A stretch of 64,000 bases of DNA from Tubiluchus corallicola (Eukaryota > Animalia > Priapulida): contig JAQGDQ010000078.1 of the NCBI GenBank assembly GCA_030141605.1, positions 620,001 through 684,000 of the forward strand, in the 5' to 3' direction. A model generated the notes under the pieces. That model was not told the origin of the DNA. It ran no database searches and saw only the letters and a list, made by a program, of their open reading frames with translations. The position numbers were made by a program, and so were the translations under genes. Positions 1-11,912 of this stretch are shown here, piece after piece. How positions within the stretch are numbered: the stretch's first letter is position 1; each line of letters opens with the position of its first letter.

Positions 1-45
1 TACGAGGCTGAGAAGATCAACGAAATTCAGGTAAAGATGATGTAA
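1..45 (+). CDS. Possible 3' fragment of an upstream gene (YEAEKINEIQVKMM*, or an exon ending at 30 with a GTAAAG donor)
   Basis: Open frame from base 1 to TAA at 43-45 with coding-like composition. CAG|GTAAAG at 30/31 is an alternative reading. AATAAA follows near 127 and 1107. Too short to identify. Confidence 0.3.
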   Translation, partial: YEAEKINEIQVKMM

Positions 46-1536
46 TCTAAACTTGTTGGTCAAGTTTTGCAAGCATGCTGCAGTAAATTAAAAATGAAAA
101 TCAATGGTTGTCAAAACAAGTCTTGCAATAAAAAATTATTTTAACCTGTTCTGTAATATGTTCTATGATGGCATTACTGATCTTAATATTCAAGACACTG
201 GTATAACCTTTTCTCTTTAATAATGCCACGGTGATTTACTTTATCAATTTTATTTTCTTCGACTTTGATTTTTGCTATTTTTACCAATGAGTAGAAAATT
301 AGTTGGTTTACATCTGCTCTACCACTAATACATTCTGAGATTATTTTTAGTAATACAGTTAATTCTTCTTAACTCAGAGTATCAGTGCAGACCCTGGTGG
401 ATTATTTACGTTCTACATGTTCACTGAACCAGTATTCACTTGAGCAACTACTCCAGTCCTGTTAAGAAGAATTAGCTGGTATTTTTTTCACCTGGCAGCC
501 CTACCAGTCGATAAATTCTGAGCAGGGTTTGATGAAAAGTGGCTAAAGTGTTTATTTATTGTTGATAATGTGCTCTGAAATTTCAGAATACTCTGAAATT
601 ATGCGTATAGACTATTGCAGTTTGTAATCTAATGAAGCCCAGTTTGCTAATGTTTCAATGCTAATCTGGCATCAAGTAAATTATGTACATGTAGCCTACA
701 TAGTAGACAAAAATCCTAGTTCTGTATAATGCAATACAATTAACAGATGCTGTGTATTTTAAATTGTTTATATAGTTTATGTATGAAATGTGCTTGACCT
801 TTGTGTAAGATTCAATTAAAGAAAGCTTTCTCGGTTGCAGTTTAACTGCTAATAACAGCTGTTATAAACTGTGGTGGTACCCACTACTCAGATGTTAAAG
901 TTGCACTAAATTATGTTTTTATAATTACACAACTTTTTGAGATAATGTTAAATTCATTTCGCATAACTTTGCTTTTGCTGCAGCAGAATTATGTAATATA
1001 AGTATTTATGTAATTTTGCTTGTTTGTTGATTAAGTATATATCAGTTTGCATAAAAACAAAATTTGGAGGATAATAACAACCTATCATAACAATGAAAAC
1101 AACACAATAAAAGGATAATCTTTGATTGTTTGCAGATTTATGAAAAACTAATTTACAAGTGCTTCACAAAAAATATTCAACCTATACTAACAGAACAGAT
1201 TAATTTCAAAATTAATTTCAGAACATTTTATTCTACAAATTCTCGAATAGTACGTAATCGTCAGACAGAAGGCCTGATAAAAATACAATGTCGGTAAGAA
1301 GTATACAAAAGGCCCTGAATATTCTCAAAATACCAATTACAAAATAGTAACAGTCACTTTATCTATAAAATATCTAAACACATCAAAAAGCTCATTATGC
1401 TCAAACTCCTCTCACTCATTCAATTCCACCTATCACGATAAAAGTTTTTCTAGATAACTCAGAATCACATATGGAACGTAAATTATTCTACATCAGTGTA
1501 TTCTGTATTCATTATAAACTAAACTACAAATGAGCT

Positions 1537-1924
1537 AATAAGCGTTTTCACAGTTCCAGCGATTGATGATGATTGTGAAAAGGTCAACGATTAAGTGTAC
1601 CAGACAACACACTTGTGTACACATGACAACGCCTCACAGCCCATGCTATTATAATAGTAACAGTTTCAACAGCTAGCTAGAACCTTACCTAGTTAATTTT
1701 TTCTTGTTCCCAAGCAAAATCCTGCTAGCATATCACTCTACATACAGACTAATGCATAATTAAGTAAAGTCTACATAAAACAATAGAAGTTACTGAACTG
1801 AAGCAGCTTTGCTTTACCCACAGGTCAAGTGACGGTTATAATTAAGACGTGTTGCTGGGGTTCATTTAATCTTTGACCTACAGCAACTGTGTGTGCGCAC
1901 AACAAAACTGTGAAAAGGCTTATT
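1537..1924. mobile_element. MITE with long imperfect terminal inverted repeats
   Basis: AATAAGCGTTTTCACAGTT (1537) and AACTGTGAAAAGGCTTATT (ends 1924) are 18/19 complementary. Inner arms AGGTCAACGATTAA...CAACAC and GTGTTG...TTAATCTTTGACCT also pair. Confidence 0.65.
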
Positions 1925-2050
1925 CTGTACAATCCACCTGCCAGCGACCATAATTAATACAATGTACCTGTATGTACCTATATATATATATATTTATTTA
2001 TTTATAGAACCTACAAATCTTCATGTACAAAAACAAAACTGACTAAATTA

Positions 2051-2227
2051 TCAGGTAGATTGCTGACGTTTCTCACATTCCTTTCTTACTTCTTCCAGAA
2101 GTTTGTTTGCACCAGCATCTTGCATCAGCTTTGCTAATGATATTCCAGTTTCTTCAGCTTTAGCTAGCATTTCTTGATCCAGCAATGGTGCAATGATTGC
2201 TGTGTAGGTGTGGTGGTTTTCATGGTC
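2051..2227 (-). CDS. HMBS: HMBS coding exon 9 (terminal; DHENHHTY...RQQST*)
   Basis: Acceptor acatag; [22 protein letters not shown] matches the PBGD C-terminal helix; TGA at 2051-2053. Confidence 0.88.
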   Translation of the reverse strand, partial: DHENHHTYTAIIAPLLDQEMLAKAEETGISLAKLMQDAGANKLLEEVRKECEKRQQST

Positions 2228-5200
2228 CTATGTAATAAATAATGAAGCACATAAATTACCATATCAGTAATTACAATATAAATCACTGCATTATTCAGTT
2301 TACATTGCTACTGACAACATCTAGTTTCGATTGAATAATACAGCAGACACCGTTACATTAGACTCATGGTTAAAAGAATCAGTCGCCTAATTGACTCAAA
2401 AACATCTGGTACGGGTCACTCACCATTTTCAAATGTATATAAAAACTGCTGACAATTGACTGAAAAACTCACATAATTCACTCAATATTTTTGCTTCATC
2501 TGTTTAAAACAAGACAAAATTATTTTATATCTGCAACAAAAGAGCTCTTACTGTGTTCATGTCATGTTTACTTCACCTTTGTGCACTATAATACACGTAG
2601 AAACAATCTTGTTAAGTAATAGTTTGTTTGTAAGCTTTGTAAGTACAGTTCTCATGCACTAATATTTTAGCAAAACGGTTTTGCTTTGAATCTGTCACCT
2701 GCTCTTCAGTTGAAAGGGTCAAAACACTTCCATCCCAAAGTGAGTCTATTAAGTGGTGCCGACTATATTAAAATTAGTAAACACTTTGGTAGATAATATC
2801 TAGTTCACAAACTTAGAACTATATAGAACAGTTATGTATAGAACAGTTATAAACAATTAACACTATAAAGAACTATATAGACAACTATATTTGTCTACCA
2901 GAATTTTCTATCATTATTAAAAGCTGCATAGGACTGAGCTATCTGATGTCTAAACATTAGCCGAAGAAATTTGTAAATGATGAAAACTTAGTATCACAAC
3001 ATGTCACTAAATATTAAATTATAAATATATTTTAACATACACGTCAGCCTAACAATTTACAAACTGGTCTGAACAGATGCAATACAGACTCTATATGTAT
3101 TGCATTGTATTGTACAATGCACAAGTCTGTAAATGTAGCTCTGCAAATTAAATTGTACAGTAAAACTAAATTTTATAATCTATACAGTAATGAGTTACTT
3201 CCACTGTACAATACTATACATATAGGGCCTCTAGGCATATTGCATCTGTTTAGACCAGTTTGTAAATGGTTAGACTTGCATGTCATACAAAAAATGTAGT
3301 GGAAATTTCACTTACACTAGTCGACTTTTGTTTCTTTGCTGGTGGCTGAACAGAATCATTCAATTCAGTTTCTATTTTATTAGTAAAACACTCAGAACCA
3401 TCTAAGCTTAGAACTATACCATTAAGATACATTAACGAATTTTCATATTTTGAATAAACTCCTATTGGTACACTGCAACCACCTTCCTATAGAAATAAAA
3501 ATAACACTGACAAAAGTTCTGGGTTCATCATTATGTGCTTTGCTGATAAAACTATGCAAGGTAATTACATTGCTTAAATTATTATTGTGATAATTGTAAT
3601 ATATTAGCGTAATCCAGATTAAGCATTACTAAATGAATATAATTGCATAGAAACTTAAAAGAAAACAACCTTGAGCTTTTGTCAACACTATAAGTACACT
3701 AGCCCATATTCTCCTAAAAGCGCTTAGCCATTTTCATGGAGTATTGGGTATTCTTTGATTTTCATCTTTAGTGCTTGACTTTCATCTTTCATCTGATTTC
3801 GGCAAAAATTATTTATCTTTACAGGTTTATCTTTTCGAAGTTTTGCCCTTCTGATCTAGTTATATATTTTATATATATAACTGTAAATTTTCTAAGAGAA
3901 ATGGCCCAAATTTATTGAAATATTTTGAACTTACTAATTGTTTAAGGAATGCCCGTTCAGCTATACAACACAACAACGTAGGTGTGTCATGCAAACTACT
4001 CAGCATTTTCACTGTGTCGTGGTCATCTGCCCGGCATTCAACAGCTAATGCACCTTGTCCTACTGCATAGAGGATATCATTTTCTGCTAGATACTGCAAA
4101 AAAATTGAAGTAAGTTTCGTTTTAATGTACTTCATGATCATAATATTCATACTGTGAGAATGAGATAATTATTCAATAATATTCATTCCAGCATACCTAT
4201 TCTTTCCAACATTCATAAAAATAACTCACTTGATTTAACATAAGCCAACTTTCATGTAAAAAAACAAACTAAATACAGCTTAAAAATAAAGAGGTGGCTA
4301 ATGACAAGGTTTATTAGTTTTGTTTTGCTGCCGGGTTCTTGCTGCCAGGGTAGTTGAAATAAACCCTGGATAGTTCGAACCAGAGTTATCCGTGGTCGAG
4401 AGTCCTTGATTCGAATACCACGTCCTGAAATGAGATTAGTAAACCAAACGACCAGTAGACATTTTCCAGGCATAAGGACTTGACTAACTTAGTAATTGCT
4501 AAATTTGTCTGAGACCTGATAATTTCTGAAAGTGTCAAAAAGCCTTTGTAATTGAACCAAATAAGTAGCTAAACATAAAACATAAAGGAGAATCTACCCT
4601 TGAGGGGTTACCAAACCCTCACATTGACATCTGAAACATTTGGGAGACAAGTCTTGAGAGGGCAGGTGCGGGCTTGTCCTGCTTGGTACTTGCAGCAACC
4701 ACTGAACCCAAGGAAACAGAATGCAGCACTAATATTTATAGACTTTGCACAAGTAAAGCAGGTAAGTATATAAATTTGAACCAATGAAGAGGTACGATTT
4801 GCAAATTTCATTCAACTAAGATTATTACATTTTGATTTACAAGGGTGTTTTTACTATAAAGTGACTTTGAAATAACATAAAAGCAATCTATTTATTCAGT
4901 ATTCTTATGAGCTGTTATTAACACTATAAAGAATTATAGCACCACCTCACTAATTCTATCTTTCCAGCCCATACGCTCTAATCCAGCAGCAGCAAGTACC
5001 AAAGCATCGTAAGATTCGTCGTCATCCAGTTTTCTTAATCTTGTGTTGAGATTTCCACGTACGTCTTTACAAACAAGACTTGGGTACTTCCTTCTGATTT
5101 GTGCAATTCTCCGTAAAGAACTGGTACCAACTACACTGCACAAAAAACAGCTTTGAAATTTGAATACAAGTTGAATACACTTTAAATCATGACCGAAAAC

Positions 5201-8200
5201 ATGTCATAATAGAAAGCAAGGAAATAAACAGGTATTTCAGAACTTATTATTAGTATTGGTGGGCCACTGATAGCACACTAATCAGCCCACCATAAACCGC
5301 AGATCTAGGAGTTCATGTCCAAGATGATCCAATCAAAGATGCTCTGATATTCCTCTAGGCAGACAGTAATATTATTGAACCAAAGTGCGATAAAAGTCAA
5401 TGCTGAAGTTTAATTGTTAGTCATTAATGCTTAATGGTCATTAAATGTCAATGACAACTTTCGCATACACATTTATTTTCTTACACTTTGTTAATTGCTT
5501 ACTCTGTTTATTAACATTATTTAACATTGCACTTTCATTGTAATTCACAAAATGTTACTTAATGTTGCACCGAAGGAGAAAAAGTTGAGAAAAATGGAAA
5601 GGCTCGGAATAAGTGTAATATACGAGCTAATGTCTTGAAATCTTGAACAAGACGTTAGCTCGTACATTGCATATACATATGTAAACCAAACCTTTCCATT
5701 GTTCCAATGTTTTAAAAGCCTTAAAAATTAATAATAAAAAGATTATTATTGTACAGATTAGCAGATAATTATAGCTTTTTTAATGAGAATCTTTATCATA
5801 GAGCAAAAAACAACTATTGGATTTCATAATTCCTCTCCACAAACAACTAAGAAAACAAACCTTCCAGGAGATAAAGTGTTAAGTGATTTGTCTTGGTGCT
5901 TTGGATGAAGTACAACAGCATCATGAGGATTATCCCTCCTAAAATTATAAGAATTGGTGTGATACATAAACATCTGCCACACACATATGGATGATTTTAC
6001 TAATTACTAGTTTATCCATTCAATGACATCTGCCAAGGCTTACCCGGTATACTTTACTAAACTACACACACTCTTAGGTTAAGACATCACCAGTAATTGT
6101 TCCGACACCTAAACTATTAAATATAGCACATTAACAGATATATTAAGCAAAGGTTATAGACAGAGTAAAACTGATGACATCACTACTATGGGCATGCGCC
6201 AATCCAAGTGAGAACGCCCCGAAGTAGAACTGATTACTCGTATTCACTCATCCTGCTGGAAGCATTAAGAAAAAGAACTATATGGTATCTTCTAACTCAA
6301 GGTCTTCTCTTTCCAAAGAGCTATAAACTTCTCTCCAAAATCTCTGCAAAGTGCAGCACAAACATTTTTTCTACAAAGTGTTCAGATGAGTGTTTAATAA
6401 ACAAACACACTAACTAACTAACAAACAGTGATGAAAGCATAATCTACTTGGTGGAGGTAAAATGCAATAAATGTGCCTCTTTGCTACAGTAACTGCAGGC
6501 AAGTAATGTAAAGGCTCGCTCATTATAGGGCATTTCAAAAGTCACTCATTATTTTTAAAAATCTATTAAAACTAATAACAATTACAAACGAATTAATTGA
6601 CAATTTGATGACGGAGTTTATGATTCGTGACAATTTTAGTGACATCAAACTTTGCATCATAACCATAAGTCTACTCCAGCAAGTACACTAGTGTTCCCAT
6701 CAGGTATCCATGTTCCAGAGTAATTACATGCATTGCTTATTACCCAAGCCAGATAATTCTATCCGGTTCCAACAATGAAAATTCAGACATCATAAAGAAC
6801 TATAATTTCTTTATATAGAGGTTAACTATCCAAACAAAATTGTTTACTAGCATTTAAAATCCATTTCAAGCCACTAACAAAGATACGAATAAATGGATTA
6901 AGTTTAAAAATACACAAAAATAATAATAATTCCCCTAATCACTATGCTGTATTAATAGTGTTCATTGGGGTACACAGGTTGACGTAGCTGACTCATTGAT
7001 AAAGTGTGCAATTAAGCAATTAAGAAGCCTGGCAGATAAAGGCAAAAACTTAATCAAATGCCTTGTGTTGCAAAACACTAAGTTTCGTAACTCACAACTC
7101 GTGTGTTCAAGCCCTCAGTGTGTAATAACTGAATACTTAATTATTAACATAGCAGTAAAGTTAATTGAAATGCACCAGTGGTTGTTTTATTTGTGAATGT
7201 AAATGATTTTTTAATTTCTTCACAGCCGCTGACTCTTAACAATCGGGTACTTGATGGGTAGGATGAAAAGGCTACCAAAGTCTGATTTTTGCTACCTACG
7301 CAAACACTGCAGTGCACTACGCCCTTGTCTGCATATTGCCATGCAACAATTTGACCCCTCTGTTTTACAGTCAGTGTTGCAGCAGAAATTCTCGAGATTT
7401 CAAAAAATTAGACTTCAGACTTCAAAAAATTCTGGATTTCCGAGTTTACCGCAACAAAAATGACACTAGTGATCAGCTGCAAAGTTAAAAATCGAATTAG
7501 TGATTGATTTATGAAAGAATCTGTACATTAAAACATTTTAGCATTTTCATGGGTTGTCAGACTTACTTGCAGACTGCAGCTATAACCATTCCATCTGGCA
7601 AAATGGTTGGAAGATCTTTAAGAGAATGGACAACAAAATCAACAACTTTAGCTGCTAAAGCTACTTCTAGTTCTTTTGTGAACAAACTTTTTTGCCCAAT
7701 CTGAAAACAAAAAAACACAAATAATTGCTTTTTTCCAATGCAACATATGTAACAAACACATCATAATACTGTAATAATTTGAGTATTCATGTATAATTAG
7801 AAATATGTAATTTTACTATAATGAAATTTGTCAACCAACATAGTAAAACAATACAGTCCAACATAGTGAAACAGTAAGGTCCACCACAGTGAAACAGTGC
7901 AGTCCAACATAGTGAAACAGTATAGTCCAACATAATAAAACAGTACAGTTCAATATGGTGAAACATTAAAGTCCACCATAGTGAAACTGTGCAGTCCAAC
8001 ATAGTGAAACAACACAGTCAAAAATAATAAAGTAGTGAAAAATTTAGCAGTCAAAACTGACTACAAAAATATAAAAATTTACTGAGCTACAAAAATCAGA
8101 CAGCCTACTAGTAAGATTTTATTGACAAATAGTGCAAGCTTTTTAATAAGCCATCCTCAATTTCTGAAACCAAGAAATTTTTGTCATATCTTACCATCAA

Positions 8201-8449
8201 TCTAACAAAAGCATATTCAAAATATTCAGTAAAAAGAACTTTAATTTACCAGTAAAAAGAACTTTATCTCACTGAGGACTTACTTGAGATAGTGGAACAT
8301 CTAAGATTCTATCTCCTGTTGTTGATATAGACTCTGAGAAAGAAAAAATAACACATAATATCCTAATAAGCACTTTGATGGTCTCCTTGTGACAAACTGA
8401 TGAATAAAACAACTGAAACACCAAGTTTGGCATACACCACTTAGCAGAT

Positions 8450-8487
<38 letters not shown>

Positions 8488-9781
8488 CTTCTATTTTTCA
8501 TACACCATGCACTTAGCAGACGGACTGTGGACATATATACATAACTTCTAGTTGGCATACACCACATAGTACATGAATGTACATATGCAACTTCTAGTTG
8601 GTATACACCACTAAGCAGATGGACATGTGTACGTAACTTCTAGTTGGCATACACCGCTTAGTAGATGGGTATATATACATAACTTCTGCATCACAGTTGG
8701 CATATTATACATTAAATTTACAGATGGACAACTATATCTAGTATATCACTACATTTGTGCCAATTATAAGAAAACAGAACCATTAAATTGTCATTTAAGC
8801 ACCATGCTTCTAACATAGTCACCAGTAAAATAGAGTGATTATGATCACATGTGTAACAAGAAATTGGTAAAACAACAGCTAATGTTCTCAGTAATGTCAG
8901 CAGATCATTATGATTCTCTCTTAATTAATGTTGAAAAAATTATGCATATAAACTTCATAATAATTATAACACAATATAAAAATGGCAATTTAAGTTCATA
9001 AAAAACTAATTTGGAATGACATGATTCAGTGACAAATTTCAAAATTATTCCAAAGCGATTCAGAATGTTTTTCAGGGCCTTGTTTTGTTACTTCCGCTTT
9101 AACAATGTTCATTTTAAAAACATTACAAACAGCAGTTGATGTTACATTAACACAGGTTGAAGTTTCTTACCAATTTCAAATTTTTTTTCTTTATATATTG
9201 TCTTCAGTTTGCTGATCACAGCATTTGTTTGAATAAGTGCGAGCTGAAATTAAATAAGTTGACTAAAGTGTCATAAAACAAGAAAAGTAATTTCCTCGCA
9301 TAAAAAAAACAACAACGTAAAACCTACATCGAAACTGATTCTAGCGATGTTAAGCATCTAGTCTAACTTAGCGCACCAGATCCGTGGGTGCTCTGTCGCC
9401 ATAGTAGACAGTTTTTCAAGAACACTATTAAGGTCGGTTGGCAGACCCAAATATAATTTTCATATTTCATGCACAGCAATAAAAAAGCATTAGATAGTGC
9501 GTTAAGAACTCAAACCAACACCTACCCATCTCATGTGACTTAACAGATTTCTGCAATCTTTAAAAACAATTATGGCGTATTTTTATCAAATTTCAACCTA
9601 TTACAATAAACGATCTTAACAAAGCAGAAGATAATCCTTGTAAAAGAGAGAGCTTATTCTTAAGCAGTAACACAAAAATATATACATATAAAAATAAAAA
9701 TGAGATTTGGTATTATAGTGAAAATGTTTTCACCTGGCTCTTACGAGATCCAACTTTTATTGTCTGTTTATCTGGATCCAT
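2051..9781 (-). CDS. HMBS: Porphobilinogen deaminase / hydroxymethylbilane synthase, spliced gene, 359 aa: complement(join(2051..2227,3316..3486,3935..4093,4946..5135,5861..5938,7567..7700,8284..8333,9171..9243,9734..9781))
   Basis: Exons join in frame (1080 nt) with GT-AG introns. Diagnostic motifs: [34 protein letters not shown] (catalytic Asp), [40 protein letters not shown] (cofactor Cys). Confidence 0.96.
2341..2765. mobile_element. Internally deleted Tigger/pogo-like (Tc1-mariner) MITE, same family as 19588 and 25430
   Basis: Degenerate TIRs CAGCAGACACCGTTACATTAGACTCA and TGAGTCTATTAAGTGGTGCCGACTA, TA flanks, and internal sequence shared with 25430-26418. Confidence 0.8.
3316..3486 (-). 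CDS. HMBS: HMBS coding exon 8 ([10 protein letters not shown]...[10 protein letters not shown])
   Basis: Dipyrromethane-binding Cys motif EGGCSVP; tag acceptor, gtaagt donor; 171 nt. Confidence 0.93.
3935..4093 (-). CDS. HMBS: HMBS coding exon 7
   Basis: [21 protein letters not shown]...AERAFLKQL; cag/gtaagt boundaries; 159 nt. Confidence 0.95.
4946..5135 (-). CDS. HMBS: HMBS coding exon 6
   Basis: [12 protein letters not shown]...[13 protein letters not shown]...[11 protein letters not shown]; 190 nt. Confidence 0.95.
5593..5700. other. Intronic hairpin / short palindromic element
   Basis: 24-bp arms 5614-5637 and 5648-5671 (21/24 Watson-Crick) around a 10-nt loop, plus an outer AATGGAAAGG/CCTTTCCATT stem. 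Confidence 0.7.
5861..5938 (-). CDS. HMBS: HMBS coding exon 5
   Basis: [14 protein letters not shown]...LSPGS; 78 nt, phases fit neighbouring exons. Confidence 0.92.
6330..6460 (-). mobile_element. Possible Helentron-associated (HINE/DINE-1-like) element remnant
   Basis: Minus strand begins TTACCTCCACCAAGTAGATTATGCTTTCATC followed by GTTT/GTTA tetramer repeats, a layout typical of such elements. The other end was not delimited. Confidence 0.3.
7567..7700 (-). CDS. HMBS: HMBS coding exon 4
   Basis: [15 protein letters not shown]...[15 protein letters not shown]; 134 nt. Confidence 0.95.
7835..8040. repeat. Minisatellite, ~22-23 bp unit (CATAGTGAAACAGTRCAGTCCAA)
   Basis: About 8 degenerate tandem copies visible. 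Confidence 0.85.
8284..8333 (-). CDS. HMBS: HMBS coding exon 3
   Basis: [17 protein letters not shown]; 50 nt, cag/gtaagt boundaries. Confidence 0.93.
8424..8705. repeat. Minisatellite, ~45-55 bp unit (AACTTCTAGTTGGCATACACCACTTAGCAGATGGA) with embedded (TA)n
   Basis: 5-6 degenerate copies; (TA)n at about 8452-8485. Confidence 0.8.
9171..9243 (-). CDS. HMBS: HMBS coding exon 2
   Basis: [14 protein letters not shown]...FEI; 73 nt. Confidence 0.93.
9734..9781 (-). CDS. HMBS: HMBS coding exon 1 ([16 protein letters not shown]); exon likely extends as 5'UTR to 9818
   Basis: ATG at 9781-9779; CAG|GTGAAA donor; strong polypyrimidine acceptor tttttgttttcag just upstream of 9818. Confidence 0.9.
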
Positions 9782-10109
9782 GATAGCACCTTCAAATCAT
9801 GTCTACGACCAACGAATTCTGAAAACAAAAAAACGCTCAAAATTTTCAATGTGTGTGCCCCTCTCTGATGTCTTTGGCAGCTGTAAGAAAATAAGCAAAG
9901 TTTTTAAGCTTATTAGATCATTACGAACTAATTACCCTATTCAACACTATGTAAGACAACTCAGTGTCGTCTTATACTGAATGTTGCTGGTAGAATTTCA
10001 AACAGTCTGAAAGCTTATTGTATGCCACCCACTTATCGTAAAAATAATCAAATTCCTTGTTTATTATGCCACAGACTTGGCAAGATCTGGAGAGCAACCT
10101 TGATCATTG

Positions 10110-10520
10110 GGGGGAAAAGACCAAAACAAAATTATTCAAATCACCGGTGAGGTCGGTGTTAATGTACGGAAATGAGGCATGAAAGATGACGAAGGCAGAA
10201 AGGCAACTCGGTGCATTCCAGTTTAAATATCTGAGAAGGGTACAAAGGAACAATCTGGAGGTGGCAAATGGAACCCAAATGAATGCAGAGAGTGATGAAC
10301 TTAGGAGGTGGAATTCGATTAGACATGTCATGTGCAAGGAAGGAGTGAATGATTGTGAGACGGAATGGACACAGGAAGGAAGGGCTAGGGGTAGACCGAG
10401 AAAAACATGGAGAAGGACATTGGAAGCAGAGAGGAGTTACGCTAGATGACGGAGCTGGAGCGAGGTCAAAGCAGCAGCAGAGGACAGAAATGTTTGGAGG
10501 AGGGTCACAGTGGCTCTACC
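10110..10520 (+). mobile_element. RTE-clade LINE 3' fragment (decayed)
   Basis: Translates as KTKLFKSPVRSVLMYGNEA*KMTK...FQFKYLRR...GRARGRPRKTWRRT...WSEVKAAAEDRNVWR, the typical RTE/BovB C-terminus, with stops. Confidence 0.85.
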
Positions 10521-10689
10521 AATACTTCCATCAGATTCCTGTATATCAACAACGTAAAAGAGCAAGCCAAAAAAGTTGCATCCTGTCACGCTGTTGTTCT
10601 TACACCTCTAGGTTCACCCCATAATTTCTCTTTATTCTGTCACATGTCTGATCCAAACATTGACTGTTACTAATGTGCTCATGTTTACT

Positions 10690-10860
10690 GAACACAGATC
10701 TTCAATATTCACTGTATGATTTCCAAATATTTTTAGCTGCCTCACATTTCAGTAAATGTTCTATTGTATCACATTCCGTCACACACACTGGACACATCAA
10801 ATCATACTTACACTTATTAATTTCATATACTGCTTTCTCATTAACACTCCATCACATAAT
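10690..10860 (-). mobile_element. LINE 3' fragment with CCHC zinc knuckle
   Basis: Minus frame reads KYDLMCPVCVTECDTIEHLLKCEAAKNIW, resembling DLWCPLCGKEEDTTEHLFKC of the LINE at 11913. Confidence 0.65.
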
Positions 10861-11912
10861 TTGTTACCATAGATATTCCCGATCCTCTTCGCCACCAGTA
10901 GCCAGCAAACAGACATCAATAAAAAGTGTCTATTTGCAAGATCAACGACACAATCAACTTGCTTCCAGAATCACATCAAATATCTTTCACATCACTCTGT
11001 CTTTGCAGTTCACTCCTCTGTGATTAAATTTTTAGTTTCAACAGCTCATTAACATACATCTTAATCATTTGCACTTCATCTATACTCAATTGTTACCTGT
11101 TCCTGGTGTGGAAAGAACTAAGTGCCACAGGCTGAAAACAAAAAGAATGCAGCAAGATTAACATAAGCACAGGGTAGACGCTTAATCTATTAGATCAGCT
11201 ATGGGAAGTTTTAGAAGAAAACTTCTAAAAATCACACTGTATCCTGGAGGTCACTTTCTGCTTTTGGCCAACGGCCGATGTTGGGCTGCAGTCGCTGTAT
11301 TAACACTTGATAGTTATTATGCTAAAGCCAGTACAGGCTCGACCTGAACTATACAGACCGGCATCAGTAATTATGCCTCTATCAGTGAGAGACCGCCTAC
11401 AGCAAAATATATAATTTTATAATAGGTACTTAATAAAATTAATAATATAATACTTAATAGTTTAATACGGGTACTTTTCTTTACTTTACTAGGATTGACA
11501 TGAATAAATGTGAACCAACCTGGTTCTGGTTGAATAATCAGCCAATTCCAGTGACGGATATAACACCGATGGGGAGTTAGTGAATTAATTAGGCGTAACG
11601 TTGCATATATCGATGTATAAGGTGAACTAGGATAGTAACATTGCTTTACAAACGCTGGACACACAGTGACACATGTCACACCACCTACATTTCAACATTT
11701 CTAGCAGTATGAGTACTCTCATCACAACGATTGAGTTTTGCCACGAACTTCTTCATTTTCCACCAAGCTAAGTTTGTGCAAATTCTCTCGTTGTTTCCTC
11801 GGTGTCCACTCTATCTGGTTAGATAGGCACAAATGACTATCACCGTGCGAGACACAAGTAACGTGATCAACCTTAATACTTTATAAACTGTTTATAAATA
11901 TTGTTATTTTGG

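Noticed and set aside
9782-9818. Iron-responsive element in the HMBS leader
   Set aside because: No CAGUGN loop hairpin was seen in the inferred 5'UTR segments.
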